From positions 566-64,565 of the IMG/VR virus record IMGVR_UViG_3300002053_000034: a stretch of 64,000 nt of DNA. The stretch is one strand, 5' to 3'. A program made the position numbers and the translations under genes. The stretch comes from a virus (Duplodnaviria; Caudoviricetes). Shown piece by piece: positions 58,299 through 64,000 of this stretch. The first letter of the stretch is position 1. Every line of letters begins with the position of its first letter. A model generated the notes under the pieces. It was not told where the DNA came from, made no database searches, and saw nothing but the letters and a program-made list of their open reading frames with translations.

Positions 58299-59129
58299 TT
58301 ACATATTTAATAACTTCCGTAACTTAGCCAAATCGGTCTTCATATCCCGATTTTCCTCTTTCAACTTCTCCTCCTTTATATCAATGTGAGAATCAAGTTT
58401 AGGCTCCGCCTCTTTGTCTATAGGATCTATAAATATCTTATCTTCCAATTCGGGTCTATCCATATTACTCCCCACCAAAGGTTGTATGGACCCATCAGCT
58501 ATCCTATTATATAATTCCTCAAGTTTGTCTTGTAAATTGTATAATAATTGTTCCGATTTTTCATCAGAAGATTTCTTAGACTCCAGATTGGACTCTAGTT
58601 TGGCTATAGTAAGTTCTTTACTGTGCATCTCTTCGGAAGTCTTTAATCGTAAATCAGAAATTTCTTTGTCCTTCCCAGACAATGCATTTTTTAGCTGTAA
58701 TATTTCCGTATTTTTACCTCTTATTTTATGTTTAATATCCTCTGAAATCAGTGGATCTTTTGATATTTGAGATTTTAGTCTTTTAATTTCGGCGTTAGTT
58801 GCGATTAACTTATCTTCGATAGCTGCTTTTTGTTTTTTGGCCGCATTTAGCTGATCATTTATATTCCTCAATCCACTATTATATCGCTTTCTTTCAGCCT
58901 GTTTCGTCGCCTCGACAGCCTCTTCTATCTTTCTACGAACAATGTCCAGTGGTAAATATTGTGAAATATCTAAAGGCGTCCCCACTCCATTTTTAGTTAC
59001 TTCAGCATGAATCGCGGGTTTTAATCTATCTACTAAACGATCGTCAGCTACTCTTCGTTGTCTATCTCTCGGTCCACCTCCCCCCATCTGCTTACCTGAT
59101 CTTTCTTTGTTATAGCGTATCTTGCCCAT
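58299..59129 (-). CDS. coiled-coil protein, 276 aa
   Basis: Long heptad region; overlaps the clpP 3' end; directly precedes the actin gene. Confidence 0.65.
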   Translation of the reverse strand: MGKIRYNKERSGKQMGGGGPRDRQRRVADDRLVDRLKPAIHAEVTKNGVGTPLDISQYLPLDIVRRKIEEAVEATKQAERKRYNSGLRNINDQLNAAKKQKAAIEDKLIATNAEIKRLKSQISKDPLISEDIKHKIRGKNTEILQLKNALSGKDKEISDLRLKTSEEMHSKELTIAKLESNLESKKSSDEKSEQLLYNLQDKLEELYNRIADGSIQPLVGSNMDRPELEDKIFIDPIDKEAEPKLDSHIDIKEEKLKEENRDMKTDLAKLRKLLNM

Positions 59130-59715
59130 TTACCTTCTCCCGAGTAGTCAAAACCTCGTCTATTAGGCCATATTCTTTAGCTTCTTCGGCACTCATATAA
59201 TAATCTCTATTAATATCTCGTCTAATTTTTTTCTCTGAATGTCCGGTTATTATAGCTAACTCTTTTATCATCACTTCGTTCAATATATCCGCTTCTTCTA
59301 CAGCTATTTTCATATCTTCGATATGTCCCTCGGCTCCGCCAGAGACCTGATGTATCATTATACGAGCATTCTGCAATGCGTATCTCTTTCCCTTGGTGCC
59401 CGCCGCTAAAATAAATGCGGCTGCACTAGCCGCATGACCCATACAAACTGTACTCACATCTGGTTTCACATACTTCATGGTATCAAAAATGGCAGCTTCT
59501 GCCGAAATATACCCACCAGGACTATTTATATACATTATTATATCACTAGTAGGATCATCAGCTTCTAAAAATAATAACTGAGCTACTACTAAATTGGCCA
59601 TTTCACTTGTAAAAGATCTACCTATAAATATAATTCTATCTTTTAAAAGCCTTGAATATAAATCATAAACTTTTTCCTTACTTCCCGAACCTTCAATCAC
59701 ATAAGGCACACTCAT
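59110..59715 (-). CDS. clpP: ATP-dependent Clp protease proteolytic subunit
   Basis: YDLYSRLLKDRIIF, YINSPGG, GHAAS (Ser), IMIHQ (His), RDYYMSAEEAKEYGLID (Asp). Confidence 0.95.
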   Translation of the reverse strand: MSVPYVIEGSGSKEKVYDLYSRLLKDRIIFIGRSFTSEMANLVVAQLLFLEADDPTSDIIMYINSPGGYISAEAAIFDTMKYVKPDVSTVCMGHAASAAAFILAAGTKGKRYALQNARIMIHQVSGGAEGHIEDMKIAVEEADILNEVMIKELAIITGHSEKKIRRDINRDYYMSAEEAKEYGLIDEVLTTREKVNGQDTL

Positions 59716-59751
59716 AATTCTAAATCCTCCTAATTCTTTAGTTTTCTATCT

Positions 59752-59780
59752 ATATTATAGAATATTTTTACAATTTTGCT
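59752..59780 (-). promoter_or_regulatory. putative promoter AGCAAA-N10-TATTCTATAATAT upstream of clpP
   Basis: Matches the 57250-57278 motif; TTGAGC lies 18 nt upstream of TATAAT. Confidence 0.6.
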
Positions 59781-59807
59781 CAATAATAAACAACTTATTA
59801 GTTCTAC

Positions 59808-60803
59808 TTAGGCATTTGAACACCCCGCTGCCCCGTATTTATCGGCTGATAAATCTCCAAACTCTTGGGCATTACCAAGACTATTTATAGTTATATAATC
59901 AATTATGGTTAATCTAACGGACTCAAATCCCCCAGCGAAAACTCCTCTTTCATTAGTCATATTTGAAGCTGTAGTTAGCCATGATCTGGCTTGTGTCAAA
60001 TTACCAAAATCGGCAGCATCTCCAACACTATTTATAGTTATATAGTCAATTACATTTGTTTCTACTGTAGGGGTTTCGGATACTCGACCTCCTCCAAATA
60101 TGCCTCGTCCATTTATACCGTTTGATAACCCATGAAGCGCATGTCGTGACACAGTTAAGTCACCAAAATTAGCAGCATTTCCCAAAGAAGATATCGTCAC
60201 ATAGTCCATTACATCGAGCGCCTCATACCCACCAGCCCAAACACCTCTATTACCTGTATAATTGGACACCGCACCAGTATAATATCTTGCCTCACTAAGA
60301 TCTCCGAAGTCTTGAGCATCACCCAAAGTACTTATAGTTATATAGTCAATAACATCCGTAACTGCGCCACCGCCAAATACTCCTCGATTATTAGTCCCAT
60401 TAGACGTTCCAGTCATTCCGACACGAGAAACCGTAAGGTCTCCAAAATAAGTGGCATTTCCTGTTGTAGATAGTGTCACGTAATCTATTTGATCGCCGTC
60501 ATTAGTTCCACCAGCCCACACCCCTCTATCATTAGCTCCATTAGATGTGGAAGAAGTAACGTGCCTAGCAACAGTTAAATCACCAAAATCTTCTGCATCG
60601 CCCAATATAGAGATTGTAATATACTCTATAACATTGGTTGCCGCGCCATCAGTGCCTCCACCAAAGGCTCCTCTATCACCACCAGCAGCCACTGCTGGAG
60701 CATTAATACCCATAATAGTATCTATGTTGGCTGATTCAACACCTAGAACTTTTGCTATATTACTCCAATCTATTTGCATGACCTTCGATATGTCAGACAT
60801 CAT
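59808..60803 (-). CDS. six-repeat Kelch-like beta-propeller protein
   Basis: Six repeats of about 48 aa: RGxFxGG...IDYITIxxxGxAxDFGDL...SN. Confidence 0.75.
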   Translation of the reverse strand: MMSDISKVMQIDWSNIAKVLGVESANIDTIMGINAPAVAAGGDRGAFGGGTDGAATNVIEYITISILGDAEDFGDLTVARHVTSSTSNGANDRGVWAGGTNDGDQIDYVTLSTTGNATYFGDLTVSRVGMTGTSNGTNNRGVFGGGAVTDVIDYITISTLGDAQDFGDLSEARYYTGAVSNYTGNRGVWAGGYEALDVMDYVTISSLGNAANFGDLTVSRHALHGLSNGINGRGIFGGGRVSETPTVETNVIDYITINSVGDAADFGNLTQARSWLTTASNMTNERGVFAGGFESVRLTIIDYITINSLGNAQEFGDLSADKYGAAGCSNA

Positions 60804-60806
60804 CTA

Positions 60807-61046
60807 TTACTCCGATATTTTAGTAGTGTACTCATCTATTTCGGCTTGGGACATTGATCTATTAGTAATTGTAGAGGATGGCGTAGGATCAGTATCCAAA
60901 ATAGTGCCGAAACTAGCAGTTGCATTAAAAGTTCCTTCTTCCCCGACCCAAACTATTTCGCCAGTGCCGGATAGGGTTATCCCGGTAGATCCAACAGGTG
61001 GTAACTGGCCTGGAGAAAGTTCAAACGCTCTATATTCATCTACCAT
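60807..61046 (-). CDS. hypothetical protein, 79 aa
   Basis: ORF with purine-rich SD. Confidence 0.5.
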   Translation of the reverse strand: MVDEYRAFELSPGQLPPVGSTGITLSGTGEIVWVGEEGTFNATASFGTILDTDPTPSSTITNRSMSQAEIDEYTTKISE

Positions 61047-61075
61047 AATAATGCCCCCTTATTTAGTTTTTTCCA

Positions 61076-62068
61076 CTATTCTTCATCTTCAGTTAACTGA
61101 TTATTAGAATCAAGGTATAAAAAATCTTTGGAGATTAGACTTTTTAGACCGGTTCTACGCATCGCATGCTTATATTCGCCCTTAAAAGTCTCATACATTT
61201 GATCTAGGAACTCATACAATAAATTGACATTGGGCACTTCCCCTTCAGACATAAGTTTTGAGTGATTATTTAAGTACCCTCGCACAAAAAATACAGCGGT
61301 TTGAGGATTAACACCATATTGCTCCAAATATTCATGAGTACCAACATTAAGACGACTAGTCATTTCCAGGTCCCTAATTGCATGCAAAAAGGCTGTCTTA
61401 ATGTGTTCCTCTATTTCGGCTCTCTCATAATCCTCCTCATCCCAATCATCAGGAATATTATGTGATTCCTTTATTTCATTATATGCTTCTTGATATATAC
61501 CTATTTCTTTAAGGGCACCTTCAATATAGAGATTTGAATCAGATATATTACAAGCCTTCTCTTGTATCTCTATATTCAGCATATCTAGATTGAATTCCAA
61601 CTCTCTTAAATCTGCTTCGGAACTCATTTTATCATATAATTTTATTTCATTCTGTAGATTAGTCTTCCTGTAAAGAATCCTATCCAACTCTACTTTGTCT
61701 CTTCTCAACTTAAATATATTTTCCTTTAAAGCGCTTCGTTTACGCTCTATCTGGGCCAAGCATTGCTTAAGTCTTCTATAGGGAGACTGCGAAATCATAT
61801 TCAGAGACATCATTTTACTAGTAGTCTGTGAATTTTGCTTTCCAAAAACATGAGTGGCCCTATTTATTTCTGGCATATTTTTTGCCAGTTTAGCTAATTT
61901 ATTGTCATCGAAGACTTTAAAGTCCACCAATGATTTAGAGTCTGCCCCTCTTGTGGTAATCTGCATAAATACATTAGACTTATCCACTAGCTCGTCAGCC
62001 CTTAAAATGATTTCCTTTACTTCATTAACCGGAATAATTTCCTTAGTTAATGATTTCTTTTTAACCAT
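61076..62068 (-). CDS. coiled-coil hypothetical protein, 330 aa
   Basis: AGGAG SD; helical; among fibre genes. Confidence 0.6.
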   Translation of the reverse strand: MVKKKSLTKEIIPVNEVKEIILRADELVDKSNVFMQITTRGADSKSLVDFKVFDDNKLAKLAKNMPEINRATHVFGKQNSQTTSKMMSLNMISQSPYRRLKQCLAQIERKRSALKENIFKLRRDKVELDRILYRKTNLQNEIKLYDKMSSEADLRELEFNLDMLNIEIQEKACNISDSNLYIEGALKEIGIYQEAYNEIKESHNIPDDWDEEDYERAEIEEHIKTAFLHAIRDLEMTSRLNVGTHEYLEQYGVNPQTAVFFVRGYLNNHSKLMSEGEVPNVNLLYEFLDQMYETFKGEYKHAMRRTGLKSLISKDFLYLDSNNQLTEDEE

Positions 62069-62094
62069 TAGTCCTTCTCCTATTTAATTATAAA

Positions 62095-62946
62095 TTAAGC
62101 CACTTGGACAAGTGCCAAATTTGGGTTAAAAAATATGACATCTGTACTTGTAGCATACCCTATTACTTGTACTTGTTCGCCAGACCCATTAGGAGCGGAT
62201 TGTGTTAATTCCCCAACAGCCGTGGATACGTATACTAAGTCACCAGCAGTCCAGTTCCAACCGTCATTTCTAATATACCCTAGTAGTAATATTTTCTTGG
62301 TGCCTGTACCAGTTTCTAACGCTAAAGCGGTGCACGGCATTGTACCACTAGCACTAGCATCCGCGGTATCATAATTGCCATCAGAAGCCATATATAATGC
62401 AGCACCTACACCAAAAGCATTAGTATCGACCGTAGCATAAACTGTCATCCCGCTTCCGGCATCATCAGAATCAGGGGTCGGATCCAATTGGATATAAAAT
62501 TGGTTAAGATCTAAGTCGCCACCAAGCTGTGGAGTTGTGTCTTCTACAATATTCGCCAGATACAGTCCACCACCAAAACCGTCATTTCTCAAATAACTTG
62601 CTAATAAAATATCATTAGTTTCTGGAGCAATAATAAATGTAATTGCGCTACCACTAATAGTATAGTCATTACCTACTCCTGGTTCCTGTAAGAGCCCATT
62701 CAGAAATACTTGTTCCGTATCACTCTGGGGAGTATATGCTAATGAAAAAGAAGTGTTGTTCCCATCTAAAGTTCCAGACGGTGTCTCATTAATAACCGAT
62801 ATACCTAAGGAGGTCCACTCGAACTTCTTTTGAGAATCATTCCAAGAAAGCACATACCCATCGGTTGCTGAATTGGTTGCTACTAAATGAGCGCCTGAAA
62901 TACTAACGTCTTCTATCTGTACTCCACGAATCGCAGTATTCAGCAT
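62095..62946 (-). CDS. fibre/decoration protein, 283 aa
   Basis: NETPSG...QVFLNGLLQ...DYTISG domain, DTTPQLGGDL and a C-terminal domain shared with 40188..42368. Confidence 0.65.
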   Translation of the reverse strand: MLNTAIRGVQIEDVSISGAHLVATNSATDGYVLSWNDSQKKFEWTSLGISVINETPSGTLDGNNTSFSLAYTPQSDTEQVFLNGLLQEPGVGNDYTISGSAITFIIAPETNDILLASYLRNDGFGGGLYLANIVEDTTPQLGGDLDLNQFYIQLDPTPDSDDAGSGMTVYATVDTNAFGVGAALYMASDGNYDTADASASGTMPCTALALETGTGTKKILLLGYIRNDGWNWTAGDLVYVSTAVGELTQSAPNGSGEQVQVIGYATSTDVIFFNPNLALVQVA

Positions 62947-63004
62947 TATCTCAACTCCTCCTTATTTCTTACTTGGACTAACTCAACCGTTAATTATTTT
63001 ATTT

Positions 63005-64000
63005 TTATGATATCACAATAGTGCTAGTATCCGGATCAAAAAACATTGTGTTTGCACTTAAAGCATGCCCTATTATTTGGACCATTTCTCCACTGCTACT
63101 TGGGGGTATTTGTGTCAATTCCCCTGTGGTTGTAGACACATAAATATCTCCTACAGACCAATTCCATGAAGTATTACATATTTGTCCTCTTAAAAGAACT
63201 TTTTTACTTCCCGCTCCTGATTCCAGGGCTAACATACGACAAGGCATCGTACCGGAAGCGGTAGCATCAGCTCTCTCATAATGAAAATCAGCTGCACAAT
63301 ATAAAGCGTTGCCAAAAGCAGCGTTCGCATCATCCACTGTTACTGTCATTATGTCACCTGAGTAAGTGCCGCTCGCTGACAAAACAGGACCATAATTTAT
63401 GTTTTTACCATTAATATCGAGATCGCCAGAAAGAGACCTAGTGCCATCCGCCAGTAAATATTGAGTATGGTCATCATCAGCTAGACCATTTAGCCCGCCA
63501 TGATCCATAGAACCGCTCAACGTATTAATTTCACCGGTAACATATTCCACAACAGCTTGTTCCGTTGGAACTGCATCATCAGAATTACCAGCCATAGTAC
63601 CGTCAGTTGAAAATTCATTTATGGAAGTTCCATTAGGCAGTGCTACTGTTCCCTGAACAAATGTCGTAGCTTTAGAACTCGGATCAATAGCTATTACAGT
63701 GTGGGCTGAGAATGTTCCTCCCACCGAAAGTTTCCATTTATCCGAATCACTATTATCTACGCCATGCGTGGCTTTGGTAATACCAGCTAATTTATATCCA
63801 AACGACGGATCACCAGAACTCAACTCGTCTAGAAACATAAGGGTATTGCCCGTATCTGTAAAGGTAAATTCCCCGTTTTTAATAGTAGCTATTGTTGAAG
63901 TTTGCCCAAGACCACCAAGTCCAGCTAATTTTAGAGCTGCTGATGAATCGTCATATCCTATCGCGGCTACCGAGTCCCCGTTCTGATAAAAATCTATGAC
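63005..64000 (-). CDS. 3' part of a fibre protein (start lies beyond the window)
   Basis: Frame stays open from the ATG at 63838 to base 64000; DHGGLNGLADDDHTQY and the shared C-terminal ASGTMPC domain. Confidence 0.7.
   Translation of the reverse strand, partial: VIDFYQNGDSVAAIGYDDSSAALKLAGLGGLGQTSTIATIKNGEFTFTDTGNTLMFLDELSSGDPSFGYKLAGITKATHGVDNSDSDKWKLSVGGTFSAHTVIAIDPSSKATTFVQGTVALPNGTSINEFSTDGTMAGNSDDAVPTEQAVVEYVTGEINTLSGSMDHGGLNGLADDDHTQYLLADGTRSLSGDLDINGKNINYGPVLSASGTYSGDIMTVTVDDANAAFGNALYCAADFHYERADATASGTMPCRMLALESGAGSKKVLLRGQICNTSWNWSVGDIYVSTTTGELTQIPPSSSGEMVQIIGHALSANTMFFDPDTSTIVIS

Noticed and set aside
59110-59715. ClpP as the capsid maturation protease
   Set aside because: It lies outside the head module, looks cellular-type, and a dedicated prohead protease follows the portal.
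2000-63986. Numerous + strand ORFs in the track
   Set aside because: All are antisense shadows of longer - strand genes, with no recognisable motifs.
1-64000. Stop-codon reassignment, tRNA or rRNA genes
   Set aside because: Code-11 ORFs tile the strand densely with SD sites right after stops; no intergenic segment showed a cloverleaf or rRNA signature by eye.

Overview
A 64-kb segment of a large tailed dsDNA bacteriophage genome. Essentially all real genes lie on the - strand, most with AGGAGG/GGAG Shine-Dalgarno sites and the standard code. Reading from 64000 toward 1: fibre/decoration genes; an auxiliary cluster (ClpP, coiled-coil protein, actin-like ATPase, cold-shock protein, DIP1984-like protein, dNMP kinase, HD hydrolase, Zn-ribbon protein, NusG paralog); terminase, portal, prohead protease, scaffold and major capsid; modular fibre/whisker paralogs; neck, tail tube and tail chaperones; a 7,223-aa tape-measure polyprotein; tail-tip genes. 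The main result is the tape-measure polyprotein. In order it contains a DEDDh exonuclease, a single-chain two-barrel RNA polymerase with recognisable beta and beta' motifs (including DFDGD and a trigger-loop His), a PD-(D/E)XK nuclease, a Pro/Gly linker, a TP901-type tape-measure domain and a HExxH zincin. I found no cysteine in it. It is most likely an injected virion transcription and nucleic-acid processing machine. All calls come from reading motifs by eye; no database searches were run.
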